Positions 36,734-47,358 of a DNA stretch of 64,000 nt are shown piece after piece. The stretch lies in the sequence record OR496884.1. One strand, given 5' to 3'. Position numbers and translations under genes: made by a program. Position 1 is the first letter of the stretch. Every line of letters begins with the position of its first letter. The notes below the pieces were generated by a model that was not told where the DNA came from, made no database searches, and was given only the letters and a program-made list of their open reading frames with translations.

Positions 36734-39700
36734 TACTATTTACCTCAAAAGAAGAAACAATACTCAATTTACCTTTTAAGTAAAGATCATTGATCCGACT
36801 TAACATGGTTAATTGATTTGGTGTGATTACTGGTTTAGTCATGTTGCTATAAGCGTGGAATGCAAAGAACCTTTCATCCATCCCAAGAATAATAGGATCA
36901 AATTTTAACAACCACTGGTAGTTACGGGTCAATGTATCGACCACTTGATCGCTATAACCAATTTCATTATCATTAGGTTCAGGAACTTCAATAAACCCAA
37001 GTAATATTTCATTGACTATTTGAGACATGAAAGGACTGAACATCCGGTATCGGTCTTGTTCTAAAAAAGGAGGTACTAAAGGGATGATTGGTTTATATTT
37101 AACAAATTCCGTTAAATACGCACTAACACGTTTATCAAGCTCTCGAGATTCATCAAATCCCCAGTAGAGGTTATATTCATCTACATAGCGATTGGCACAA
37201 TAAATATGTTTAACCTCATACGGGAAACCGTTATAAGGTGACATGTTATTACCATGAGAAATGTTTTCTGCCCAATCAATCGTGTCGGTCATAAACAAGC
37301 GACCGGCAGCAACGGTTTTAGTGGGTCGATCAATCCGAAGATTATAGCGACCATTGTAACCAATAACACCATTTTGGACAAATCCCAATTCACTACTTGG
37401 AATCATTCCTTTTGCAGAAAGACCTCTTGCTCGATAAGCAATTTGATTGACATCATTGTCATTAAGCCACATTTTACTGATAACGTAGACTTTAGGAAAA
37501 TCAATTACGTAATCAATGTTCTCGGTAACAGGGTGTCCGTTGATCCAAACATCAATTTGAGCAGGTTCGATAGCTAAAGGAAGTCCGCCTACAGTAAAGT
37601 CATTACTGATACTAAACCAGATAGACTTGTCCATATGAGTTAATTCAAACTCATTATAGAGATGGTTACTGTCAAAGATTACCATTCCAACTTGATTACT
37701 TAAATTGAAATTCCAAACAAGATAACCATTTTCAATGTAGTATTGATTAGTGTCTGTGATGTCTTCCCATTTACCATCAGGATGTCCACCAGAGGTTGTA
37801 TAAACGTAATTAGGATTACCGTAATCAGTCGAACTAAATATTTCTACTACAGTTGGATCAGGATAAAGTCCTTCACCATTACCTGTAATCTCATATTCAT
37901 TTTCAAACAGTCCAACTGGTTCTACTTCAGGTTCGTCAGGATCGATTACCCACCCTGCTTTATAAACCCTAAACCCGTAACCTTTTTTAAGCAATACATC
38001 TTGACGACTAATGACATAATCGATCGATGTTAATGCTTGACCAACAACAAACTCAACGTAGTAACCATTTTCACCTGGTATGAACCATTCACGATTTATA
38101 ATAGGGGTTTTACGAAGATAGATGCCATTCTCATCGTATTCATAAGCTGTCGAGTTTTCCACGTAACTTGCTGGGATACGATATCCTAATCCAGAATCAA
38201 AAGGTTCATGTTTTATGACATCGGAATGGCCAGGAGTTCCAGGAGTTAAGTACGGCATGCAAACAACAGATTTTGACAATGCCATTGCACAGCCATTATA
38301 CCCCAATGCATTTCTTACTGTTCCAGAATTAATTTCCTGAATAATTGAATTCAATACCGCATTGGTAGTTGACTTCTCAAGTTCTGGGGCTGACCATTCT
38401 AATACAGTTGCATTAGGACCAATCATTGCGGAAAGAATTTGACCTGCATTTTCAAGCAAGTAAAGATCATTGATGCGACTGACATTTGGACCTAACGCAA
38501 ATTCCCATTTAGTTGCCCGGTAAAATACTTCAATTGCAATGTCATTTTCAGTAGACAAATTAGTTGAATCCAACGCAATTAACTGGGAAACTAAAAACTC
38601 GACATACTGGCTAGCAATTGACATATCTTGATGTGTCAATTGACGAACCGCATCGGAGTTGTTTCGATTAAAATAGAAGCCTTGTTTAGTACGTTTATTT
38701 GATACGTAAAAATCACAGTCATCAAAATAATGATACTTACGGGGTTTTGTAAGAAGACCTGGGAACAATAATAGTTTACGTTTACTATCGATAACAGAAT
38801 AGAAATCATTCAAACTTTTATAATCGTAAACAATACGTTGTTTAATAGTTGGGTCGTAATAAACCTCTAACATATCTCCCAAGGTACCAACATAGTTATC
38901 TATGTCAGTAACAACACCATTTACAAAAAACAACACGTAGCCCATGTTAAAGCTTTTATACATGTTGTATTGTGTTTTAACTTTAATCAGATCTGCTGCA
39001 CTATTAAATTCAGCATAGCTAAATCCAAACCGCCATTTCAGCTGTTCTGCTTGGCTGATAATAGAGGTGTTAATATCGGTCGTGTAACAACGCAGATACA
39101 TGTTTTTACCATGAGGTAACGGATAGGTGCTAGTAATAGGAATAGCAATTAACGTAACACCTTCATATGCGTTTAGCGCATACGCATTACTTCTTGGAAA
39201 CAGGTAACCTTTGCCGTTATAAAGATCTACCGCAACTCCCCTTTCGTGAGAAATGGTTGAAAGCTGAACCCACGTATTATAAGGATTCCACGTTTTACGA
39301 CTTTCAAACATATTCCAGAAATTAGGATCAAGACCACCCATGGAATAAACAACAAAAAACTTTTCCTCATCAGGAAGCCTAAAGAGTTTACCCATGTAAA
39401 AGAAATCGTTGATATGACCAAGAGGTGGAGTAACACGTGCTAACTTTATGTGATGTTGAGAATCAAGTTCCCGATTCCCCCACATGTTTTTAACAGCATA
39501 GTCTACCAGCGGTTCTGGATACAGATTCCAAGGTTTTGATAAACGGTCAATTCGTTCATAATAAACACGTTGTGTATAGTTAGGAAATTGTAAATTAACA
39601 ATCCCTTTCACAAAACGTTTTGATTGTTCTTCTTGAACATTAGTCATTGGAAGCTTATACGTGTACTTTCCTTGTAAAGGTTCTGCAGCGACCAATGTGG

Positions 39701-40190
39701 GAGAAAAACTATCAGGTGAATTTGAATACGTTTGTACCAATACCGAATTTTGAACATTGATTGGTTCTTTAGTATCTGTACGTTCCATTACTAATGTAAA
39801 GAACAGTTCATTTTCTTCTTGGTACAATTCAACAACGGTTATAGTGGTTGGATCAACAGTCACCGTTGTTTCGTAATTTACGCTAAACCCACTAACATTA
39901 ACATTTCCTAAAAAACGGTATATTAGTGTTTTATCATGAGGAAGTATCACAGGGATGCTAAAAGTAACTTCTTGTTTAACAACATCAAAGTGTTGAGAGG
40001 TGGGAACTAATGTCCCACCTTTAGTGAATGTTGCTTGATCAAGGTTCGCTACAATAGCAAGGTCTGCTTTTTCTTCCGTAGTGGATAGAACTTCCAATAC
40101 CACCGTCATGACGTCTTGATCCAAGGAGAATGACTTTTGGATCAAACTAAACTCGGTGACTTGATCAGACATGGAAAACCTCGTTGTCAC
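36726..40190 (-). CDS. virion structural protein (phiKZ gp27-like) with N-terminal extension; start may be ATG at 40172
   Basis: 1154 aa; DYAVKNMW...LARVTPPLG and C-terminal LFSPF..WLL.FDP patterns; synteny. Confidence 0.72.
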   Translation of the reverse strand: MTTRFSMSDQVTEFSLIQKSFSLDQDVMTVVLEVLSTTEEKADLAIVANLDQATFTKGGTLVPTSQHFDVVKQEVTFSIPVILPHDKTLIYRFLGNVNVSGFSVNYETTVTVDPTTITVVELYQEENELFFTLVMERTDTKEPINVQNSVLVQTYSNSPDSFSPTLVAAEPLQGKYTYKLPMTNVQEEQSKRFVKGIVNLQFPNYTQRVYYERIDRLSKPWNLYPEPLVDYAVKNMWGNRELDSQHHIKLARVTPPLGHINDFFYMGKLFRLPDEEKFFVVYSMGGLDPNFWNMFESRKTWNPYNTWVQLSTISHERGVAVDLYNGKGYLFPRSNAYALNAYEGVTLIAIPITSTYPLPHGKNMYLRCYTTDINTSIISQAEQLKWRFGFSYAEFNSAADLIKVKTQYNMYKSFNMGYVLFFVNGVVTDIDNYVGTLGDMLEVYYDPTIKQRIVYDYKSLNDFYSVIDSKRKLLLFPGLLTKPRKYHYFDDCDFYVSNKRTKQGFYFNRNNSDAVRQLTHQDMSIASQYVEFLVSQLIALDSTNLSTENDIAIEVFYRATKWEFALGPNVSRINDLYLLENAGQILSAMIGPNATVLEWSAPELEKSTTNAVLNSIIQEINSGTVRNALGYNGCAMALSKSVVCMPYLTPGTPGHSDVIKHEPFDSGLGYRIPASYVENSTAYEYDENGIYLRKTPIINREWFIPGENGYYVEFVVGQALTSIDYVISRQDVLLKKGYGFRVYKAGWVIDPDEPEVEPVGLFENEYEITGNGEGLYPDPTVVEIFSSTDYGNPNYVYTTSGGHPDGKWEDITDTNQYYIENGYLVWNFNLSNQVGMVIFDSNHLYNEFELTHMDKSIWFSISNDFTVGGLPLAIEPAQIDVWINGHPVTENIDYVIDFPKVYVISKMWLNDNDVNQIAYRARGLSAKGMIPSSELGFVQNGVIGYNGRYNLRIDRPTKTVAAGRLFMTDTIDWAENISHGNNMSPYNGFPYEVKHIYCANRYVDEYNLYWGFDESRELDKRVSAYLTEFVKYKPIIPLVPPFLEQDRYRMFSPFMSQIVNEILLGFIEVPEPNDNEIGYSDQVVDTLTRNYQWLLKFDPIILGMDERFFAFHAYSNMTKPVITPNQLTMLSRINDLYLKGKLSIVSSFEVNSNV

Positions 40191-41062
40191 TGGATATTAA
40201 GATAAAGTCCGACTGTTTTAATAAACGAACTAACTTGCTGATTATTTTTCGGATCGAGTTCTTGTCCAACAGCAGTATTTTGATAAAGGCGTTGTGTCGC
40301 CGCTGCATAACAAATAGCGGTAAACAATGTCGGCATTTCAAGTGCAGCAGGGACAATTTGTTTAAAGCCAGAGTTAGCAAAAAAGATTCCAGATGCTGCT
40401 TGAATCAAACCACTTAAATCAAGACGATTTAAAGGAAGTAGTTCAGGATGTTCACGGATAATGTTCAAAAGTTCCTGAATGGTAGAAACATATCCAAGAT
40501 CTTCGATGACACGCCGCACGCGCATACCAGGAATTTTTAAAGCCTGCTGAATCGAATTCTGAGCAATGAAAACATAATCAACATCAGGTGATTCAATCAG
40601 ACACACATAGTAAAAAGCAAGCAAAATACGAAGTGTTGTTTTTTGTTCGATATCAAGCTGTAAAGAACCCTCTAACTTTCGTGCAATTGCATTAGCGAAT
40701 GCTTTGATAGTGAAGGGACGTACAGTTCGAATTAATGTGGTGTTTCCTTTATATGCATCTTGTTGCAACATAGCAGCAAGAAACATAAGGTTGTATTCAG
40801 GAATATTCACATTTTGATTATTTTTATTAAAGTAAGGGCGATGGTCAATAACCGTTACCTTTTCCTTTAAATAGTTTTGAATGCTAATTGGATAAATAAT
40901 TGGAGGGAGTCCAAGATCATTACTTTGAGTAATTGCGTAGACACTATTGTTATCCACTAACTCAAGGCGATCAGTGCTTTGAAGCATTTTAATAGTTTCC
41001 GCAACTTTATCTTTGATGCGAAAACGCGTACCTACTGAGGTATCATAACCATTTAATATCAT
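40187..41062 (-). CDS. virion structural protein (phiKZ gp28-like)
   Basis: 291 aa, divergent from the sheath gene; assignment by synteny. Confidence 0.65.
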   Translation of the reverse strand: MILNGYDTSVGTRFRIKDKVAETIKMLQSTDRLELVDNNSVYAITQSNDLGLPPIIYPISIQNYLKEKVTVIDHRPYFNKNNQNVNIPEYNLMFLAAMLQQDAYKGNTTLIRTVRPFTIKAFANAIARKLEGSLQLDIEQKTTLRILLAFYYVCLIESPDVDYVFIAQNSIQQALKIPGMRVRRVIEDLGYVSTIQELLNIIREHPELLPLNRLDLSGLIQAASGIFFANSGFKQIVPAALEMPTLFTAICYAAATQRLYQNTAVGQELDPKNNQQVSSFIKTVGLYLNIQ

Positions 41063-41181
41063 ATCTCTAGTTCCAAATTAATGTTATGCGTGTAAACGTC
41101 AGCCCTGTTGTGGCCTTTGGGTCATACGATTGATTTTTTTGATCAAAAAAATTCATCATTTTATTAAATTTCGGAGTCGTT

Positions 41182-43392
41182 ATGTCATCTTTTTCTAAAG
41201 TGATTCCGGGTCGTGTGGAAAATGAAGGTATTGTCAGCCGGGAGAATAACCCCGTTGCTAATGCAATCATCAGCTCACCTGCTCATTGCCCCGATTTTGC
41301 TATGGTCACGCCGCGAGGTCCGTTAAAGCGCGACATCGTAGGTACTGGTGACTTTAGTACCAAATTCGGTGACGTGACCGATCCTTATGGTCCTTATTAT
41401 AACCCCATCTCTTTGGCTATTTCCAAACTTGGTGCGGCTGGTCAAGCTTCTTTTTCTTTTAAACGTTTAACCAATAACGAAGAACGCGCTCGCGTTATTT
41501 TTGGTGTAACCGTATTTAAAGGTCTGCCTGTTCCTAACTATCTGCGTGATGGCCAAGGTAACTATCAGTTTGACACTGCAGGTAAACCTAAACCCAATAC
41601 CGACACTCCTACCGTTAACGGTATTTTTATTTGTCCTGGTATGGTGACACCTAAATCTGATTCACCGATTGGTGAAGCCAAGATCATTGATGTTGTTGCT
41701 CCGGCTGGTTTAACTGTTCCCGAGGCTACCGAAGGTAAATTTATTCCTTTGTTTGAATTGCTTTCTGGTGTAGGTGATAGCTATAACGCTATGTACTCTA
41801 CCATGGGTCATTCTCAAAATACCGACTGGGGTGAACTCTCCAAGTTTGTACGTACCTTTGGTTCTTATCCGTTTACCATGATCATCGGTGAGCAACTGGA
41901 TAATGGTATTCGCGTTCCAGCGGCCACCAGCAATGGTACTCCAGATGTAACCGTGACTTTGTTTGAAACCATTGGTGATAACAACGTTCATTACGGTCTT
42001 CAATCTGGTCTGAATCGTTTTACTGGCCGTGAAGTAAATCGTCCGGTTGTAGAACGTGCTGCCCCTTTCCAAGACGTATTTGTTTATCGTCGTAACCTGG
42101 AAACTGTAACCGAAGATCTGTATCAAGCAGAGTACGTTGCAGAAGCAGCACTGGGAACCGCACCCATTGTACTGTCCAAAAAGCTTCCGCGTGGTGCTGT
42201 AATGAACCCGCTTTCTTTGGTTGATTACAACGGTAAACCTTACTACCACATCGTCTTTGGTGGTCTGTTGGATATTACTGGTCCAGTAACGATCAAAGGA
42301 ACCCGTGTTTCTTTGAATCACTATTTGAAAGCAGGTGGTGGTGTTAACCCGTATGCTGATAAGACTGGCGCGTACCCTCAGGCCCCCAGTACTTGGGACG
42401 TAGACACTGATGGTGAGTGGGTCGCTAACGTTACTTCCCCTGCTGTTGTTTCCCATAAGCAATATTGGGAAATGAACCAATATCTGTTGCTGGGCTACAT
42501 GACAGGTTATCGTTCTTCCCTGGACATGAAAGACGTTATTCGTAACCGTACTTCGTTCTATTGGGATCTGGGCTATAACGAAGATATTAAAGATGCACTG
42601 ATCTCTTTCTTGAATGTTCGTAAGGATATCATTGTTGGTCTGTGCGCAACTGAATACCTGGTTAATAAAACCCAAGAACAAATTTATTCCACTGCAGAGA
42701 TGCTCAACACCAAACTGTTGATGATCCCGGAAAGTGAAACTTATCAAGCGCAAGCTTGTCGTGGTTTCATTAACCTGTGGGACGGTCGTGTTGTTGATGA
42801 AGTGACCTTTGGTCGTTTCTCTCTTAACATTGACAACATGTATACGTTCGCATACGCAGGTGGTGGTAACGACGGTAAGATCTTTGCCAACCGTATGCCT
42901 GATCATGAAGGTAACCGCACTCTCCGCATCATGCACGATCCGTTGGTACAATTTGAAGATGATGATCCGGCAGCTAACAACCTGATCAAAGGTTCTGTCA
43001 CTGTCACTCCTCAAAATAGTTCTCAATACTGTCGTCCGGCTTTCCCGTCAGTCTATCCCGATACCGACTCTGTCTTGAAGGAAGTGACTAACGTTTGGCG
43101 TGCCGTATGTGTTGAAAAGATCCTTGCGGATAACTGGATTCAAATATCCGGTGATAGTCAGCGCTCTAAAGAAGGTTACATCTCCTTCATGAAGGATACT
43201 TCTGAAGCACGGATCCGTGAACGTCTTGGTGCTGTAATCAGTAACTGGGAAGTTGAACCAACCTTCCGTGAGAATGCACCTAATGCCAAATCCGTCATGT
43301 ACTCTGTTACACGTCTTTGGATGAACAAGGGTGTGTACATGATGAATAGCGTTCTGGAAGCATATAACGCTGATTCTCTTGAGTCCCAATAA
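41182..43392 (+). CDS. contractile tail sheath protein (phiKZ gp29-like)
   Basis: 736 aa; FYWDLGY motif; highly-expressed codon usage; followed by tube gene. Confidence 0.88.
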   Translation: MSSFSKVIPGRVENEGIVSRENNPVANAIISSPAHCPDFAMVTPRGPLKRDIVGTGDFSTKFGDVTDPYGPYYNPISLAISKLGAAGQASFSFKRLTNNEERARVIFGVTVFKGLPVPNYLRDGQGNYQFDTAGKPKPNTDTPTVNGIFICPGMVTPKSDSPIGEAKIIDVVAPAGLTVPEATEGKFIPLFELLSGVGDSYNAMYSTMGHSQNTDWGELSKFVRTFGSYPFTMIIGEQLDNGIRVPAATSNGTPDVTVTLFETIGDNNVHYGLQSGLNRFTGREVNRPVVERAAPFQDVFVYRRNLETVTEDLYQAEYVAEAALGTAPIVLSKKLPRGAVMNPLSLVDYNGKPYYHIVFGGLLDITGPVTIKGTRVSLNHYLKAGGGVNPYADKTGAYPQAPSTWDVDTDGEWVANVTSPAVVSHKQYWEMNQYLLLGYMTGYRSSLDMKDVIRNRTSFYWDLGYNEDIKDALISFLNVRKDIIVGLCATEYLVNKTQEQIYSTAEMLNTKLLMIPESETYQAQACRGFINLWDGRVVDEVTFGRFSLNIDNMYTFAYAGGGNDGKIFANRMPDHEGNRTLRIMHDPLVQFEDDDPAANNLIKGSVTVTPQNSSQYCRPAFPSVYPDTDSVLKEVTNVWRAVCVEKILADNWIQISGDSQRSKEGYISFMKDTSEARIRERLGAVISNWEVEPTFRENAPNAKSVMYSVTRLWMNKGVYMMNSVLEAYNADSLESQ

Positions 43393-43403
43393 GGAGTTAA
43401 TAA

Positions 43404-44306
43404 ATGAGCAGTAATTTTCCGCATCGCGATAATAAAATGCTCCTGCCTGGGAACAGTGATTTCCAGCGAGCGTTTGACATCGCATCTGGTCCGGTAATTA
43501 ACGCTGCTGTCGGTGGGCAATACGGTTTTGCCCCCAACAACTTCCGTTATGTTGCTGAACAACCTTATGTATCACAACGTCCTTACTGTGTTGTACTTTC
43601 CACTCCGTCTGCGTTTAGTGCAATGCCGGGCGGACAAGCACTTCACGGTTTACTGCGTGCATTTATGGAAACACGGTCCCGTAACTGGGGTGGGTTAACT
43701 TCACGTACCAGTGTTGAATATCATGACATCACTTGGTCGGGTGGTTCTACTCTGAGTTTCCCCGTGGGTTCTCAACGTCAATTCGGTACCATTAGCCATA
43801 TGGCTTTGGATCCAGAAGGCGAGGCATTCTCCAAGAAGTTTGATGCTTGGATTAGTTATCTTCTTTCTGATCCGGTTATTCGTCATCCTAAAATCATCAC
43901 TCTGAATTACGGTGGTGAATTGCTGCTGGATGAGATATCCATGTCCTCTGTTTACTTTGAGCCTAATCGTAACTGGACTGACGTTCGTCACGCCGCTCTA
44001 GTTCTGGGTCAGATGCCGAAGGAAGGTCCTCAGTACGAATTCGGTTATGACGTAGAAAACTCTTCTGGTAAAGTTCGTGAGATCAGTACTGAGTTTACTG
44101 GCTTGATTGAATTTGATACCTTTGCAGTAAAAGAGATTGCTCGTAATGTAATGAAGCGTATGCCTCTTTATAACCCTGGTGGTCGTAAAGCTCCGGCTGG
44201 TTTCATGAATCCGACTTCTACTCTGCAAGGTCTGCGTGATGGTGGTATTACTAACCTGATGCAGCAAGAGAAAGGGACTATTGCTCGTCCTGATTATATC
44301 GGGTAA
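43404..44306 (+). CDS. tail tube protein (phiKZ gp30-like)
   Basis: 300 aa; GGQYGFAP..YVAEQPYV N-terminal motif; directly after the sheath. Confidence 0.85.
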   Translation: MSSNFPHRDNKMLLPGNSDFQRAFDIASGPVINAAVGGQYGFAPNNFRYVAEQPYVSQRPYCVVLSTPSAFSAMPGGQALHGLLRAFMETRSRNWGGLTSRTSVEYHDITWSGGSTLSFPVGSQRQFGTISHMALDPEGEAFSKKFDAWISYLLSDPVIRHPKIITLNYGGELLLDEISMSSVYFEPNRNWTDVRHAALVLGQMPKEGPQYEFGYDVENSSGKVREISTEFTGLIEFDTFAVKEIARNVMKRMPLYNPGGRKAPAGFMNPTSTLQGLRDGGITNLMQQEKGTIARPDYIG

Positions 44307-44326
44307 GCAAACAAAAAAATAAACAT

Positions 44327-44359
44327 AGAGAGTAGCTACCCAATGGGTAGCTACTCTCT
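44327..44359. terminator. bidirectional terminator
   Basis: Perfect 15-bp stem AGAGAGTAGCTACCC/GGGTAGCTACTCTCT between convergent genes. Confidence 0.88.
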
Positions 44360-44387
44360 TTTATTTGTTCGTTGAACAAGTCACACA

Positions 44388-44846
44388 CTAAAATGCAACC
44401 TTTAAAAGCTTCTCTTTGAATTGATGAAAAAGATACATCTCTCGTTCATTAAAGTGTAAAGGTCGTAGTTGATTTTCATCAACAATTCCCAAGAGCACTC
44501 TACTGGACGGTGACATGTTGGGATCCAAAGTTTTAACAAAATCTAAAAAAGTTGTTTTGGTGACACCGTTTGGTATGTCCAGTGCAAATCCCTTACCAAG
44601 TACCTTTTCAAATTTGATTCTTTTATTATTGGTATGATACCGTATATTTATCCCGTGGCAGTTATTATCGCTATCTTTTCCAACCATAACGTATAGGTTG
44701 TTTTTCCAAAGGTCATGCCATCTAAAAGCGTATTCACATTCTTTTAAATTAAACCAAAGGAATTTCCATAACCCAACGAGGATGAGCAACAAAAGAATCA
44801 CTGTTGCTAAAATCCACAGAGAGCTAATAAAGAATGTTGTCATCAT
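44388..44846 (-). CDS. membrane-anchored hypothetical protein
   Basis: N-terminal hydrophobic helix FFISSLWILATVILLLLILVGLW. Confidence 0.75.
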   Translation of the reverse strand: MMTTFFISSLWILATVILLLLILVGLWKFLWFNLKECEYAFRWHDLWKNNLYVMVGKDSDNNCHGINIRYHTNNKRIKFEKVLGKGFALDIPNGVTKTTFLDFVKTLDPNMSPSSRVLLGIVDENQLRPLHFNEREMYLFHQFKEKLLKVAF

Positions 44847-44860
44847 GACTCGACTCCATA

Positions 44861-45631
44861 TTACTCAGTTTTTGTTATTGCTTTAAACTGATTTAAAATG
44901 AGCTCATTAAATGTGCACTCATTCTCAGGTTTCAAATAGTATTTGAAATTCTCCCATTCTTGATGAAAGAATTCCAACCCAATGTCAGGATAACTTTTCC
45001 AGTGATAACCATTGTCACCAAATTTTTCGTGAAGATGATTTTTAACTTCTCCTAAAAAAGGTGTAATATCATTACCGACTTGATAATCACCACGGTGCAA
45101 TCTAAATTGAATACACCGTTTAATGTAGATGTGAATATCGGGTTTACCTGAATCAGCTATACTGACAACTTCCGAAATGACAGTAGACGGTTTATTTTTA
45201 TTGGAGGAACGATGCTCCAAAACAGCAGTTGCAATTGTGAGCAGTTCTTTATCACTGTATTCCCCACGGCAAAAACGATGGAGAATCTCATACGTTAGAC
45301 CGTATCCTATCAGATGATGGAATTCGCGCTCAAACCGACACCCAAGATCATGAAACAAACATGCCAACATTACCAGCTCTTTTTGACGAGACGTAAACCG
45401 CATGTTATCAGCAATTTGAATCCCAAGTTTGCATACATCATAAACGTGACCCAAGTGATGAGCCGGGTCATTCATAGAGATGCTTTCAGTGCAATAAATA
45501 ACAAGATTGCGTTTAATAGTTCTTGAAAACAACTCATCAAATTTATTAATATATTCATTAACCAATTTGACATCAGAGTTAAAATATTCCATGATATTTC
45601 CTTTGTGTAAATACACATTAGTTATAAACAA
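44861..45631 (-). CDS. HD-domain metal-dependent phosphohydrolase
   Basis: AHHLGH, LACLFHDLG, LEHRS, SIADS. Confidence 0.85.
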   Translation of the reverse strand: MFITNVYLHKGNIMEYFNSDVKLVNEYINKFDELFSRTIKRNLVIYCTESISMNDPAHHLGHVYDVCKLGIQIADNMRFTSRQKELVMLACLFHDLGCRFEREFHHLIGYGLTYEILHRFCRGEYSDKELLTIATAVLEHRSSNKNKPSTVISEVVSIADSGKPDIHIYIKRCIQFRLHRGDYQVGNDITPFLGEVKNHLHEKFGDNGYHWKSYPDIGLEFFHQEWENFKYYLKPENECTFNELILNQFKAITKTE

Positions 45632-45640
45632 AATAAGAGT

Positions 45641-45667
45641 CTCCCCTAAGGAATAACCTTAGGGGAG
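45641..45667 (-). terminator. intrinsic terminator
   Basis: Perfect stem CTCCCCTAAGG/CCTTAGGGGAG. Confidence 0.75.
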
Positions 45668-45671
45668 TAAA

Positions 45672-46328
45672 TTAAATACTGGTTGGATTAACAATCAATT
45701 CAACTGCTTGACAACTTTTAAAATTCACATTGGCGTAGATTTGTTTAAAATCCTTTACAGTCATTGTGGGACCGAATCCAACAATTTCAGTAAAATAGTC
45801 GTCACTAGTTTGTTCCAAAACAAAACTAATAATGCCGTCCTCTGGCAGCTGAGTTATTTTGTGGAAAGTTTCTTCCAAGTTGTTATCGTTACGAGAACTA
45901 GAAAAGAGTTGAGGATTTTTCAGATCTGACTCGTAAAGAATATCAACACCAGGTGGGTAGTACACAATTGCAAAATCCGTTGGGATGACAGCACTGTCAT
46001 TTATCAAAGGATGATGGTAATTGTAATAATAAACACCTGTCCGGGCATCACAGCTCAACACAGAACTGACATCAGATTCCTTGGAACTAAAATTAACAAC
46101 AACCCCTTTATCGTCCGGATAAGTATACCCGACAAATGGTTTTTGAACTTCTAACACAGAAACAAATTCACCTAATACCTCCCTGCGTTGCGATTCCCAT
46201 TCTTCTATTGTTTTCGGGCCGGCAGGAACTTCTTGAGCAATATCGGAATTAGTCACAACTCCTTTTGAAATCGGGACCAACAAAAGCAAGGTGATAAACA
46301 GAAAAATTCCCACAAATAACTTTTTCAT
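45672..46328 (-). CDS. exported protein (signal peptide)
   Basis: MKKLFVGIFLFITLLLLVPISKG; two Cys in the mature part. Confidence 0.78.
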   Translation of the reverse strand: MKKLFVGIFLFITLLLLVPISKGVVTNSDIAQEVPAGPKTIEEWESQRREVLGEFVSVLEVQKPFVGYTYPDDKGVVVNFSSKESDVSSVLSCDARTGVYYYNYHHPLINDSAVIPTDFAIVYYPPGVDILYESDLKNPQLFSSSRNDNNLEETFHKITQLPEDGIISFVLEQTSDDYFTEIVGFGPTMTVKDFKQIYANVNFKSCQAVELIVNPTSI

Positions 46329-46354
46329 ATTTCTTCCTTTCTAAATTAGGTGAA

Positions 46355-46612
46355 TTAAAACATACTATCAAAATAGCTATTTATTTTATTACCGTTTCCG
46401 TCGATTTCTTTTCTGAGTAAATAATAGTCAGCTGGAGTAACGCCCTTAACAACAGGGCGTTTTCTTTCCAATGACAAGATTAAGTAATGGCTAACGTCAG
46501 AGTGCATTTCGAGATAGTCCTCTACGATAATAACCCCAAGTACAACCAGTGCAATAACACCTATGCCGATGACAGAGATCACCAGATAGTTAGCAACCAT
46601 TGTCACGTCCAT
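46355..46612 (-). CDS. small membrane protein
   Basis: Single hydrophobic helix YLVISVIGIGVIALVVLGVIIV; GGAG SD. Confidence 0.72.
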   Translation of the reverse strand: MDVTMVANYLVISVIGIGVIALVVLGVIIVEDYLEMHSDVSHYLILSLERKRPVVKGVTPADYYLLRKEIDGNGNKINSYFDSMF

Positions 46613-46627
46613 AGTTACTTCTCCTTG

Positions 46628-47281
46628 TTAATGTTTATGTTTTTGAGAGATTTGGGTAGACATTTGTTCACCGCCAGTTGCGGTATCACAAGCCATTCCG
46701 TAATCCTGTTTCATAATTGCTTCAGAAAGTGCTTTAGCAGCACCTACCGGATATACAAAAGAAACTACGTTGGTAGTAATCTGACCTTGCATCCCTACGT
46801 TGTAAACAATAAAAGCAAATCCGCCATTTTCTCCACGGCGTTTTACTTCAATCATTGTTTCACGTAGGTTCGTTCCAGCAAGTCCAGGGACCATGAGATC
46901 GTCTTGAGCATCCATAAAAAGATCCCGCGCTTTATTAGCCGTTTCAGGATACCACTGGATGGCAATGTCAGTTCCCCAATCACTGTATTCTCCCTTGACG
47001 TCTTTAGCGTCGTAGGTAGCTACCAGCATTGGATTACCTTTCCGGCAAAACAATTTGAACGTTTGCTCTTCACCAAGTTCATTGGTTCCTCTGATCCCGA
47101 TACCGTGGTGTTGAGTCGGTGACAAAGAAGTTACCACCTCCCACTTTACAGCTGGTTGAAGTTGGTAGTTCAACTCAGGACCATCTGCGCTGGTTGCATT
47201 TACACCTGCAGATACCAACAAAAGAAATGAGAGTAACAACTCAATGTAATGTTTAATCGTTTTCATAACGTTGCCCTCCAA
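46628..47281 (-). CDS. exported protein (signal peptide)
   Basis: MKTIKHYIELLLSFLLLVSAGVNA; two Cys; start probably the second Met using the GGAGG SD. Confidence 0.8.
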   Translation of the reverse strand: MEGNVMKTIKHYIELLLSFLLLVSAGVNATSADGPELNYQLQPAVKWEVVTSLSPTQHHGIGIRGTNELGEEQTFKLFCRKGNPMLVATYDAKDVKGEYSDWGTDIAIQWYPETANKARDLFMDAQDDLMVPGLAGTNLRETMIEVKRRGENGGFAFIVYNVGMQGQITTNVVSFVYPVGAAKALSEAIMKQDYGMACDTATGGEQMSTQISQKHKH

Positions 47282-47358
47282 AAGACAAACGCCGCAAGGC
47301 CTATTCAGTCACTATGACTATATATGCCTATAAATATATGGAAATGAATTAATACATA

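Noticed and set aside
41710-43026. 438-aa minus-strand ORF opposite the tail sheath
   Set aside because: Antisense shadow of a highly codon-biased gene; no SD, implausible composition
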